This document shows positions 24,167-32,000 of a stretch of DNA of 32,000 nucleotides, piece by piece (the stretch's first letter is position 1; each line of letters opens with the position of its first letter). The notes below the pieces were generated by a model. That model was not told the origin of the DNA, searched no databases, and saw only the letters and a program-made list of their open reading frames with translations. The position numbers and the translations under genes are program-made. The DNA is from Erysipelothrix inopinata (GTDB taxonomy: Bacteria; Bacillota_I; Bacilli_A; Erysipelotrichales; Erysipelotrichaceae). The stretch lies in NCBI RefSeq assembly GCF_014396165.1, contig NZ_CP060715.1, forward strand, positions 930,001 to 962,000. The letters run 5' to 3'.

Positions 24167-26452
24167 ATGATTAATAAATACGAAACACTAGTATTAATAA
24201 AAGGCCGGGATGCAACGGATCAAATCGAATCGTTGCAACCTGCTAAAAATAAAAAAGAATATGAAATTAAACTAAAAGGAAAAGAAGAAAGTTTTATTCG
24301 TTCTCGCAAAGATGTCCAACTTAACGCATGTATTGAGAAAAAGGATTTAACTTATGAAGCGGTGATCATTCACAATGAAGTTTTTTATAATGTAGAGTCT
24401 GTTTGTTACTATGAAAATCATTATGCCAAACTGTATTTCAAAGATGGAAGTGATAACTTGTTTTTAATCCAAGATTTTGAACTTGTGCGTATTGTTGATG
24501 GTTCAGAACCATTTGGAGATAAGACAACTGCATGGTCCGCTTGGAATGTTTATGCTCAAAAAACAAACCACCCGCTTGCTTCAAAATTCACAACGATGAA
24601 TTGCCTTCCAACCGACACGGCTGCTTATGCTCTTTTAGATCGCACAGGGGTTCTTGAACTCCCTGAAAAAGACAAATTAATGTACTATTTGGGTGGATAC
24701 TCATTTGGAATCAAAGAAAGCCTTGACTATGCATTGACGAGTCGTTTATCGCAAGTTCATGTTCCTATCGCTACAAATTACGAATCCACATTACTATCAA
24801 TGATTATGAATGCTGTAATTGATCAAAGACAAGTAACTGTGTTTGGTGATACCTTGAGCTTAACGAAAGCTTACGATTTACTGAAACGGTATGATTATGA
24901 TTCCCTAATTTATTATGATGAATCGGAAGTTACAGACCTTTTTGATGCATGCCAAGAAAATATTAAGTCTCGAAAAAATCCAACTTATGATGTGTTTGAT
25001 GAAGATTCATATCGTCATACAGAAGCAGACTATCGCCATAATTTGAATCAAATTGAAATCATGAAAGATTACGAACTTGAATTAGATACTTATGAAAAAT
25101 TATTTTTTGATATACAAACTGAATATCAATACTTTAAAAATTTCAATAAAGATCAGTATCTCATGTACAACAATGAGATTATCCTAAATAAAGTTGAGTC
25201 ATCTTTAATTTTAGACTTAATTGATGAACTTGTGGAAATGAAAGTTGAAACAGAAGAGTTTTCACATGAATATCGAAAAAGTTTAAAACATCGATTTGGA
25301 TTGGATCTCATGGATGAACAGATATCATATCAGCACATTGTACTCCGATTACAAAATATGTTTTATCAAGCAATCCTCGCAGAATTATTAGAAAAAATAG
25401 ATCAAATTCGATATAATATCGAATCATTAAAACCGGAACTTCTAAATGAAAAACTTGCGAGTTTGGGAGAAAAATTGATTGACTACCATCTTCATCATTA
25501 TTATATGACGATGAAAAATATTGATGAGACAAATGAGGAAAGTGTTCAGATGAGATTCCCAATTACGTTTAGATCATGGGATCACGTCAATGAAACTGAC
25601 CATGAGTTTGACTGTGTAATTGGACTGAATACGGGAGATGTTGACTTAGTAACCGGAGCGTATGTATTGGCGCATGCTCAACAAATGATTTCCTTTGATA
25701 AAGTGATTGAAGAAGATGGTGAAGAAAGTTCGTATGTAGATACGAACTACAGTGTTGCAGATCATTTAGATCCTAACACTTCATCTTTCGCACAAATGAT
25801 TCACAGCCATCCAAAGACACAAGCGTATATTACGATGACCACTGAATTCAAAAATGAATCATCACTGATGAAACGAATGTTTTTAAATCAAAAATTGTAT
25901 CGAAATCAGCTTCATGAAAGTCGCCATTTCCATGATTCTCGAATTGAAATGCTTCACTTCAATGATATGCTGGATCCGTACTTCATATTGGAAAAGGATG
26001 AGTACCTCTTCGAAGCAACTGCAGAAAGTGACTTGGATGATTATTGTATTGAACATCAAGAACTCTATGATATGTTTAGTTCTTATACACAATTGAAATC
26101 GTTTGATAGACCGATTGTTTTTTCTAAGTTTTATGAGTTCAAAAATGTTCGTCGTTTCCAAGATGATACAATGCTAATGATTAAAAATCATCTGAAAATG
26201 AACCGTTCAATATTAAATGTTGAACAAGATATTTTACTTATTAATATTATTAAGAATGTTCAGGATTTAAATTTAAGTATTAAGGACGAAGTTGTTCCAT
26301 ATATAATCTACAATCGTGTCAGTCATGAAATTGTAACGGTAGTCTATTCTGCAGAAATGGATGAAACTTACATTGAAATAATAAAAAAACAGTATAATAC
26401 ATTACCACTTGAAGTGTTTTTGGAAGAACCGCTCCAAGCACTCGTGGTATAA
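24167..26452 (+). CDS. Full-length homolog of Upf1-like SF1 (AAA_11/AAA_12) helicases with degenerate catalytic motifs
   Basis: Collinear with my recollection of the Firmicute family, but every catalytic motif is replaced. SVIQGPPGTGKTQTILNII has become QVHVPIATNYESTLLSMI. YDYVIIDEASQVDLVTGALAL has become FDCVIGLNTGDVDLVTGAYVL. HYRCHP..FCNQKFY has become FKNESS..FLNQKLY. GAGGTG SD lies 9 nt before ATG 24167. Confidence 0.55.
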   Translation: MINKYETLVLIKGRDATDQIESLQPAKNKKEYEIKLKGKEESFIRSRKDVQLNACIEKKDLTYEAVIIHNEVFYNVESVCYYENHYAKLYFKDGSDNLFLIQDFELVRIVDGSEPFGDKTTAWSAWNVYAQKTNHPLASKFTTMNCLPTDTAAYALLDRTGVLELPEKDKLMYYLGGYSFGIKESLDYALTSRLSQVHVPIATNYESTLLSMIMNAVIDQRQVTVFGDTLSLTKAYDLLKRYDYDSLIYYDESEVTDLFDACQENIKSRKNPTYDVFDEDSYRHTEADYRHNLNQIEIMKDYELELDTYEKLFFDIQTEYQYFKNFNKDQYLMYNNEIILNKVESSLILDLIDELVEMKVETEEFSHEYRKSLKHRFGLDLMDEQISYQHIVLRLQNMFYQAILAELLEKIDQIRYNIESLKPELLNEKLASLGEKLIDYHLHHYYMTMKNIDETNEESVQMRFPITFRSWDHVNETDHEFDCVIGLNTGDVDLVTGAYVLAHAQQMISFDKVIEEDGEESSYVDTNYSVADHLDPNTSSFAQMIHSHPKTQAYITMTTEFKNESSLMKRMFLNQKLYRNQLHESRHFHDSRIEMLHFNDMLDPYFILEKDEYLFEATAESDLDDYCIEHQELYDMFSSYTQLKSFDRPIVFSKFYEFKNVRRFQDDTMLMIKNHLKMNRSILNVEQDILLINIIKNVQDLNLSIKDEVVPYIIYNRVSHEIVTVVYSAEMDETYIEIIKKQYNTLPLEVFLEEPLQALVV

Positions 26453-26477
26453 TAAATAGGTTAATGCGAGGTGTCTA

Positions 26478-27323
26478 ATGATTAATTTAGAAAATGACTA
26501 TTTAAAAGTAACAATTGCACTAGATGGTGCTGAAATACGTTCAGTATTTGATAAGAGTAGAAGAATTGAAAGAATGTGGCATGCAGATGCAAAATACTGG
26601 GGGAGAACATCACCAGTATTATTTCCAATTGTAGGCCAAGTTAAAGGTGGTAGCTATACCTTCGATGAAAAGGATTATAACTTATCTCAACATGGATTTT
26701 TGCGTGATCAAAAATTCGAATTGGAATCTAGTAGTGAGAATCAAGTAAGTTTTATCTACGAAAGTCTTGATAAAATGAAAGATGTTTATCCATTTGAACA
26801 TCGTGTTACAATCACGTATACCCTAGTGGAAAAGACAGTTTCAGTTACGTGGAAAGTGGAGAACTGTGATACACAAGAAATGTACTATAGTATCGGAGCG
26901 CATCCAGCGTTTAATTTAAATGGCGATCACTATGAGTTTGAATTTGAAACACGTGGAGATGTTCGAGAGTTCAGTCTTAAACAAGGATTGGTTGCAAACA
27001 GTGAAATAATTGCTGTGAAACCAGTGGAAGTTAATGTTGAAAATCTTCAAAACGATGCCATTATTTATGATAATATCGATGCAGTATCTTTAATTAACCG
27101 CGATAACGGTGAAGTAACGCGATTAGCGTGTCCTGGATTTGACTATGTTGGACTTTGGATGCCTGTGACTGATGGAATTCTTGCACCATTTGTATGTATA
27201 GAACCTTGGATGGGAATTACCGACAGCTTTGATGAGTACGGTGATTTTAGAAATAAACTATCTATTAAGAAACTAGCGCCTGAACAACAAGAAAGTTATG
27301 AATATACGGTATCTTATCTATGA
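26478..27323 (+). CDS. Aldose 1-epimerase family protein (LacX-like)
   Basis: WGRTSPVLFPIVGQVKGG, LSQHGFLRD, YSIGAHPAFNL and CIEPW motifs typical of LacX/YihR-type mutarotases. GAGGTG SD, 25 nt after the upstream stop. Confidence 0.8.
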   Translation: MINLENDYLKVTIALDGAEIRSVFDKSRRIERMWHADAKYWGRTSPVLFPIVGQVKGGSYTFDEKDYNLSQHGFLRDQKFELESSSENQVSFIYESLDKMKDVYPFEHRVTITYTLVEKTVSVTWKVENCDTQEMYYSIGAHPAFNLNGDHYEFEFETRGDVREFSLKQGLVANSEIIAVKPVEVNVENLQNDAIIYDNIDAVSLINRDNGEVTRLACPGFDYVGLWMPVTDGILAPFVCIEPWMGITDSFDEYGDFRNKLSIKKLAPEQQESYEYTVSYL

Positions 27324-27727
27324 GACAAAAACTAACTGAGTTTATGAGAGGACGTTATGGCGTCGATATGTTGAATAAGTTTTTAATGAACTTTACGATT
27401 GCGATGGCGATTATTGCGACAGTCGTATCATTAATGACGGGTAATCAATATTTATTTATTTTGTGGTTGATTCCTTTAGTGTTATCTTACTATCGTATGC
27501 TCTCTAGAAATATAAATCGTCGTTACCAAGAGAACCAAAAATATCTCTTAATCTATAACAAAGTTCGGAATAAAGTAAGAGCTATTAAAAATAGAATTGT
27601 TGATTTCCCTAAATATAAATATTTGAAATGTCCAAACTGTGGTGCGACAATGCGTGTACCACGTCGTAAAGGGAAGATCACAGTAACGTGTCCAAAATGC
27701 TCTCATCGATTCGATGCGAAGTCATAA
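27320..27727 (+). CDS. Small membrane protein with a C-terminal zinc ribbon
   Basis: Two TM helices, then CPNCG...CPKC (four-Cys ribbon). ATGA overlap with the LacX-like stop. Confidence 0.7.
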   Translation: MRQKLTEFMRGRYGVDMLNKFLMNFTIAMAIIATVVSLMTGNQYLFILWLIPLVLSYYRMLSRNINRRYQENQKYLLIYNKVRNKVRAIKNRIVDFPKYKYLKCPNCGATMRVPRRKGKITVTCPKCSHRFDAKS

Positions 27728-27737
27728 TTAACACAAT

Positions 27738-27755
27738 ATGTTAATAATTTCACAA
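27738..27755 (+). promoter_or_regulatory. Rex (redox repressor) operator candidate upstream of adhE
   Basis: ATGTTAATAATTTCACAA matches TTGTGAAWWWWTTCACAA at 16 of 18 positions. A weaker TGTGCAAAATATCGCA lies at 27824-27839. Confidence 0.4.
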
Positions 27756-27756
27756 T

Positions 27757-27790
27757 GTAAGCGTTTCACTAATTCGCTTGCATTTTTTTA
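27757..27790 (+). terminator. Intrinsic terminator after the zinc-ribbon gene
   Basis: GTAAGCG, an 11-nt loop, CGCTTGC, then ATTTTTTTA. Confidence 0.6.
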
Positions 27791-27884
27791 TACCTAAAAT
27801 TCGTAGAAAAGTATTGAAAATCATGTGCAAAATATCGCATATAGACTACGATATACCTGTGAAAGAAATAACAAGGAGGAAGTT

Positions 27885-30518
27885 ATGTCAGAGAAAAAAG
27901 AAACAATCGATAACGAAGTAAATGTCTTAGTTGCAAATGCGCAGGAAGCATTACAAGAGTATCTAACATTAAATCAAGAACAAATTGATTTCATTGTCGC
28001 AAAGGCAAGTGTTGCAGGGGTAGATCAACATGGTAATCTTGCAGCTTTAGCTATTGAAGAAACGGGTCGTGGTGTCTTCGAAGATAAAGCAACCAAAAAT
28101 ATGTTTGCGTGTGAACATGTTATTAACCATATGCGTCATCTTAAAACTGTAGGAGTTGTAAGTGACGACGAAGTTACAGGTATTACTCAAATTGCGGATC
28201 CAGTTGGTGTTATATGTGGTATTACACCAGTTACAAACCCAACATCTACTGCAATGTTTAAATCATTAATTGCTTTAAAAACGAGAAATCCAATTATCTT
28301 CTCATTCCACCCATCTGCACAAAAATGTAGTGTTGAGGCAGCACGTGTAATTCGCGATGCAGCAGTTGCAGCGGGTGCTCCTAAAAACTGTATTCAATGG
28401 ATCGAACGTGGATCAAAAGAAAAAACTGATGAATTAATGAATCATCCAGGTGTTGCAACAATTCTTGCAACAGGTGGTAACGCAATGGTGCGTGCAGCAT
28501 ACTCATGTGGTAAGCCAGCACTTGGTGTTGGAGCTGGTAACGTTCCTGCATATATTGAAAAAACAGCTGATCTTGATCAAGCAGTTAATGATATCGCGCT
28601 TTCAAAAGGATTTGATAACGGTATGATTTGTGCTTCAGAACAAGCAGTTATCATCGATAAAGAAATCTACGATGAAGCAATCGAAAAATTCAAAAAATAC
28701 GGTGTTTACTTTGCGAATGCAACAGACAAGAAAAAAATTGAAAAATTCATGTTTGGTGTCGCATCAACAGATAAAAACTATGCAGAAGCAGTACTAAATC
28801 CAAACGTAGTTGGTAAAGATGCTACATGGATTGCAGAACAATCTGGAGTTAAAGTTCCTGCAAATACAATTATTCTCGCAGTTGAATGCGCGCAAGTAGG
28901 ACCTAAGGAAGTGTTAACACGTGAAAAATTATCACCAGTTCTTGCTTTCCTCAAATCTGACAGCACAGAACAAGGTATTGATTACGCACGTCAAATGGTT
29001 GAGTTTAATGGACTTGGTCACTCAGCTGCAATTCATACAAAATCAAAAGAAATATCAGAACGCTTCGGGGAAGCAGTTCCAGCAATCCGTATTATCTGGA
29101 ATTCACCTTCAACATTTGGTGGTATTGGTAACGTTTATAATGATTTTATTCCTTCCTTAACACTTGGTTGTGGATCATACGGTCACAACTCAGTTGGCGA
29201 TAATGTTGGTGCAGTTCACTTACTTAACATCAAAAAGATAGGGAGACGTAATAACAATATGCAATGGTTCAAAGTACCTCAAAGAATTTATTTCGAAAGA
29301 AACTCAATCCGTTATTTAAAATCAATGAGAGATGTACAAAAAGTATTTGTTGTTACTGACCAAGCAATGGTTGATTTAGGTTTCTACAAACTTGTATGTG
29401 ATCAATTAAATCTTCGTGCAAACCGTGTCGATATCAAGTTGTTTGCTGATGTTGAACCAGATCCATCAATCGAAACAGTTGAAAAAGGTGTTGAAATGAT
29501 GAAAGCATTCCAACCTGATACAATCATCGCATTAGGTGGTGGTTCACCAATGGATGCTGCTAAAGGAATGTGGATCTTCTACGAACATCCAGATGTAGAC
29601 TTTAACGACTTAAAACAAAAATTTATCGATATCCGTAAACGTGCATTCAAATATCCTGATCTTGGAGAAAAAGCACAACTTGTATGTATTCCAACGACAT
29701 CAGGAACAGGTAGTGAGGTAACGCCATTTGCTGTTATCACAGATAAGAAAGCAAATAAGAAATACCCACTTGCTGACTACTCAATGGTTCCTAATGTTGC
29801 AATTGTTGACCCAATCTTCACAACAAATCTTCCTGCAACAGTTACTGCAGATACAGGACTTGATGTATTAACACATGCAACTGAAGCATTTGTATCTAAC
29901 TTTGCAAACGACTATACAGACGGACTTTGTATCCAAGCAATTAAAATTGTCTTCGAATATCTCGAACGTTGTGTTAAAGATGGTAGAAATGATTTAGAAG
30001 CACGTGAAAAAATGCATAATGCTTCAACAATGGCAGGGATGGCATTTGGTAATGCATTCCTTGGTATGAACCACTCATTAGCTCATAAAATTGGTGGACG
30101 TTGGCATGTAATTCCTCACGGACGTATCAATGCTATCTTAATGCCAAACGTAATTCGTTATAATGGTACACAACCTGAAAAACCATCACTATGGCCAAAA
30201 TACAATGTGTATCGTGCAGACCAAAGATATGCAGAACTTGCACGTATCCTAGGGCTTAAAGCAGATACAGTTGAAGAAGGTGTTGAAAGCTATGCTCAAG
30301 CATGCTACGACCTCGCTGTACGTTGTGGTGTCACAATGAACTTTAAAGACAATGGTATTGCCGAAAAAGAATTCTTCAAATATGAAGAAGAAGTAGCATA
30401 CCTTGCTTATGAAGACCAATGTTCACCATGTAACCCTCGTTTACCTCTTGTAAAAGATATGCGAGACATTCTAAAAGCATCATACTATGGTGAAGTTTAC
30501 GATCCAAAGCGTAAATAA
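27885..30518 (+). CDS. adhE: Bifunctional acetaldehyde-CoA/alcohol dehydrogenase
   Basis: N-terminal ALDH domain with the catalytic Cys context GMICASEQ. C-terminal Fe-ADH domain with [10 protein letters not shown] and [19 protein letters not shown] precedes ATG 27885. 877 aa. Confidence 0.95.
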   Translation: MSEKKETIDNEVNVLVANAQEALQEYLTLNQEQIDFIVAKASVAGVDQHGNLAALAIEETGRGVFEDKATKNMFACEHVINHMRHLKTVGVVSDDEVTGITQIADPVGVICGITPVTNPTSTAMFKSLIALKTRNPIIFSFHPSAQKCSVEAARVIRDAAVAAGAPKNCIQWIERGSKEKTDELMNHPGVATILATGGNAMVRAAYSCGKPALGVGAGNVPAYIEKTADLDQAVNDIALSKGFDNGMICASEQAVIIDKEIYDEAIEKFKKYGVYFANATDKKKIEKFMFGVASTDKNYAEAVLNPNVVGKDATWIAEQSGVKVPANTIILAVECAQVGPKEVLTREKLSPVLAFLKSDSTEQGIDYARQMVEFNGLGHSAAIHTKSKEISERFGEAVPAIRIIWNSPSTFGGIGNVYNDFIPSLTLGCGSYGHNSVGDNVGAVHLLNIKKIGRRNNNMQWFKVPQRIYFERNSIRYLKSMRDVQKVFVVTDQAMVDLGFYKLVCDQLNLRANRVDIKLFADVEPDPSIETVEKGVEMMKAFQPDTIIALGGGSPMDAAKGMWIFYEHPDVDFNDLKQKFIDIRKRAFKYPDLGEKAQLVCIPTTSGTGSEVTPFAVITDKKANKKYPLADYSMVPNVAIVDPIFTTNLPATVTADTGLDVLTHATEAFVSNFANDYTDGLCIQAIKIVFEYLERCVKDGRNDLEAREKMHNASTMAGMAFGNAFLGMNHSLAHKIGGRWHVIPHGRINAILMPNVIRYNGTQPEKPSLWPKYNVYRADQRYAELARILGLKADTVEEGVESYAQACYDLAVRCGVTMNFKDNGIAEKEFFKYEEEVAYLAYEDQCSPCNPRLPLVKDMRDILKASYYGEVYDPKRK

Positions 30519-30533
30519 TTAATCATAAATAAA

Positions 30534-30563
30534 GGCAGTTATCATCATGATAGCTGCCTTTTG
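30534..30563. terminator. Bidirectional terminator between adhE and the convergent adhesin gene
   Basis: GGCAGTTATCAT/ATGATAGCTGCC hairpin with TTTTG on the plus side and a T-rich run on the minus side. Confidence 0.75.
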
Positions 30564-30570
30564 ATATGGT

Positions 30571-32000
30571 TTAGTTTTCTTTTCGTTTCATTAATTTCAC
30601 AACAATTAACATTGAACCAAGGAGTACAGAACCAAATCCAATGTAGGACGGAGCGACTCCTGTTGCTGGTAAAACATGGGTTGTTACTTCTGCTGGTGTT
30701 TCTTTTGAAATTAATGGTTTTTTAATTTGTTCTTTAGGTTTCTTCTTAACCCCTAAAACCACCGGTTGAGAATACGTATAGATAACAACTTGATCTTCTA
30801 ATGTGAACAATCCTTTGGCATTGTCTGTAACAGAAACAAAGTCATAGTCTTCGCTATTCATTGCCTCAGTTTCATAGGGTAATCCATATTTGTTAAGGCC
30901 ACTGATGAATTCAGGTTTGATAATTTCGTTACCTTCATCATCAAGATGCTTCACAATAACATTTCCTGCATTTTTGCGTTTATAAATATAAGTTACTGTT
31001 TGATCATTTTCGGTATAAGTTCCAGAGGCATTGCTTGGCACTGTGGTTAATTCAAAGTATTTTATTGAAACACTTTCAGTTTTAAAAGGTAATCCAAGTT
31101 TATTGTTTCCTTCTAAAACAACTGTAGTTGCGAGCGTATTTCCTTGTGTATCAACATGTTCCACTACGATATTTCCGGCGTTTTTACGTTTGTAAGTATA
31201 CGTTACGATCTGTTCTTCGGCAGTAAATGTACCCGTTGCATTATCAGGTGTCCTTAAGAGTTCATAGTTAGTGATTGAAGCAGAACTTGTAGTATATGGT
31301 TTTCCTAATTGATGAGTACCATCAATTGTTTCAGAATCGGCTAATTTATTACCCAGTTCATCTACGTGGTTTACTGATATATTTCCAGCGTTTTTACGTG
31401 AATAGACATACGTCACTGACTGAGTTTCTAAAGAGAAGATTCCATTCGCGTTATTTGGAGTCTCTTTAAGTTCATAATTTTTAATATCATGTGATGTTGT
31501 AGCGTAAGGTAAACCAAGTTTTGATTCGCCAGATAGTAAATCACTATCTACTAATTTGATACCATCTGTATCAACATGGTTTACAATGACATCGCCTGAA
31601 TTTTTACGTGCATAGATATAGTTTACAAATTGAATTTCTTGAGTAAAGGTACCTGTAGCATTAGTAGGTGTTTCTATTAAGTCATAGGATTCAATATCAA
31701 CAGCGTGGGTTGAATAACTTAATCCGTATTTCCCACTTCCGTCTAACATGCTACTTTCAGCAAGAGGTTCACCCGCCGTGTCAAAGTGATTCACAATAAC
31801 AGGGGCAGCATCTTTACGTTGATATTTGTAAATGACTTCCTGTGGCTCTTTTGTGAAGACACCACGTGTATTGCTTGTTGCAGATATAAAGTCATAGAAC
31901 TCGAATGTTTGTTTTAAAGTCGTATAATCCTGTCCTAATTTGTTATGGCCAGATAGTGTGATTGAATCTGCAATTGGATTATCGTTATTGTCAACGTAAT
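30571..32000 (-). CDS. MucBP-repeat LPXTG cell-wall-anchored adhesin (5' end outside the window)
   Basis: LPATG, a hydrophobic helix and a KRKEN tail. I translated 31795-31998 by hand. The frame stays open and encodes another MucBP repeat, so the track start (GTG 31794) is internal. Confidence 0.85.
   Translation of the reverse strand, partial: YVDNNDNPIADSITLSGHNKLGQDYTTLKQTFEFYDFISATSNTRGVFTKEPQEVIYKYQRKDAAPVIVNHFDTAGEPLAESSMLDGSGKYGLSYSTHAVDIESYDLIETPTNATGTFTQEIQFVNYIYARKNSGDVIVNHVDTDGIKLVDSDLLSGESKLGLPYATTSHDIKNYELKETPNNANGIFSLETQSVTYVYSRKNAGNISVNHVDELGNKLADSETIDGTHQLGKPYTTSSASITNYELLRTPDNATGTFTAEEQIVTYTYKRKNAGNIVVEHVDTQGNTLATTVVLEGNNKLGLPFKTESVSIKYFELTTVPSNASGTYTENDQTVTYIYKRKNAGNVIVKHLDDEGNEIIKPEFISGLNKYGLPYETEAMNSEDYDFVSVTDNAKGLFTLEDQVVIYTYSQPVVLGVKKKPKEQIKKPLISKETPAEVTTHVLPATGVAPSYIGFGSVLLGSMLIVVKLMKRKEN
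30766..32000 (-). repeat. At least six tandem, diverged MucBP coding repeats of about 207 nt
   Basis: Repeating V(I/V)VNHVD..G..L......G....LG.PY.T......YEL...P.NA.G.FT...Q.V.Y.Y.RK units, about 40-50 percent identical by eye. Confidence 0.75.

Noticed and set aside
27756-27769. cre-like TGTAAGCGTTTCAC upstream of adhE.
   Set aside because: It mismatches the 3' half of the cre consensus, and the sequence is fully explained as the 5' arm of the terminator hairpin at 27757-27790.
7066-27884. N-terminal extensions given by the ORF track (starts at 7066, 8673, 15171, 23606, 24155 and 27825).
   Set aside because: In each case an in-frame ATG further downstream is preceded by a good GGAG-type SD at proper spacing (7093, 8691, 15177, 23678, 24167, 27885), and the extension lacks one.
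566-29160. About 30 short track ORFs (60-126 aa) nested in or antisense to larger genes, for example 566-763, 836-1051, 1634-1861, 4455-4637, 5439-5639, 7170-7364, 8798-9073, 9797-10177, 11064-11246, 11422-11616, 12183-12386, 13135-13341, 14319-14501, 15304-15528, 17230-17565, 17400-17753, 17800-17988, 18432-18752, 18688-18915, 22026-22253, 22952-23164, 23194-23376, 23599-23850, 25308-25562, 25883-26161, 25914-26096, 28778-28966 and 28921-29160.
   Set aside because: All lie inside well-supported longer CDSs. They lack Shine-Dalgarno sites and have low-complexity or odd composition. They are best explained as shadow ORFs in AT-rich DNA.
31792-31794. GTG proposed by the track as the start of the MucBP adhesin.
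   Set aside because: The frame stays open to the window edge and encodes a further MucBP repeat, so the gene is 5'-truncated by the window.
1-32000. CRISPR arrays, IS elements, prophage genes, restriction-modification, toxin-antitoxin or other known defence modules.
   Set aside because: I found no regularly spaced direct repeats, no terminal inverted repeats flanking a transposase-like ORF, and no protein with nuclease, methyltransferase, integrase or toxin motifs. The only helicase-like protein has lost its catalytic motifs.

Overview
This reads as a chromosomal stretch of a low-GC Gram-positive bacterium (Bacillota). By eye it is about mid-30s percent GC, with GGAGG-type Shine-Dalgarno sites, LPXTG-anchored surface proteins, and cre- and Rex-type operator candidates. 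I can support about 25 protein genes, one tRNA, about a dozen intrinsic terminators and a few promoter/operator candidates. Left to right: (1) the end of an ABC importer operon (fused double permease); (2) a YesM/YesN-type two-component system; (3) a lone tRNA-Arg(CCG); (4) an LPXTG surface protein; (5) a 10-kb carbohydrate island, in the order RpiR regulator, GH4 6-phospho-alpha-glucosidase-like enzyme, PTS EIICB, NagA paralog 1, PTS EIIA, unknown membrane protein, internal terminator, NagA paralog 2, MFS transporter, MalY/PatB-type C-S lyase; (6) an eight-repeat Listeria-Bacteroides-repeat LPXTG protein; (7) an ABC-F ATPase preceded by a promoter, an SD-led uORF and a terminator; (8) a minus-strand metNIQ-type transporter; (9) an Ohr-family peroxidase; (10) a three-gene operon of a full-length but catalytically degenerate SF1-helicase homolog, a LacX-like aldose epimerase and a zinc-ribbon membrane protein; (11) adhE; (12) a MucBP-repeat LPXTG adhesin on the minus strand that runs off the window. 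I saw no transposase, integrase, prophage gene, CRISPR array, toxin-antitoxin pair or recognisable defence gene. The three items most worth follow-up are the composite PTS/GH4/double-NagA/MFS/C-S-lyase island (it matches no characterised operon I know), the dead-helicase operon, and the attenuator-like leader of the ABC-F gene. All functional calls come from motif recognition by eye. No searches were run, so family assignments are provisional and the substrate proposals are hypotheses.
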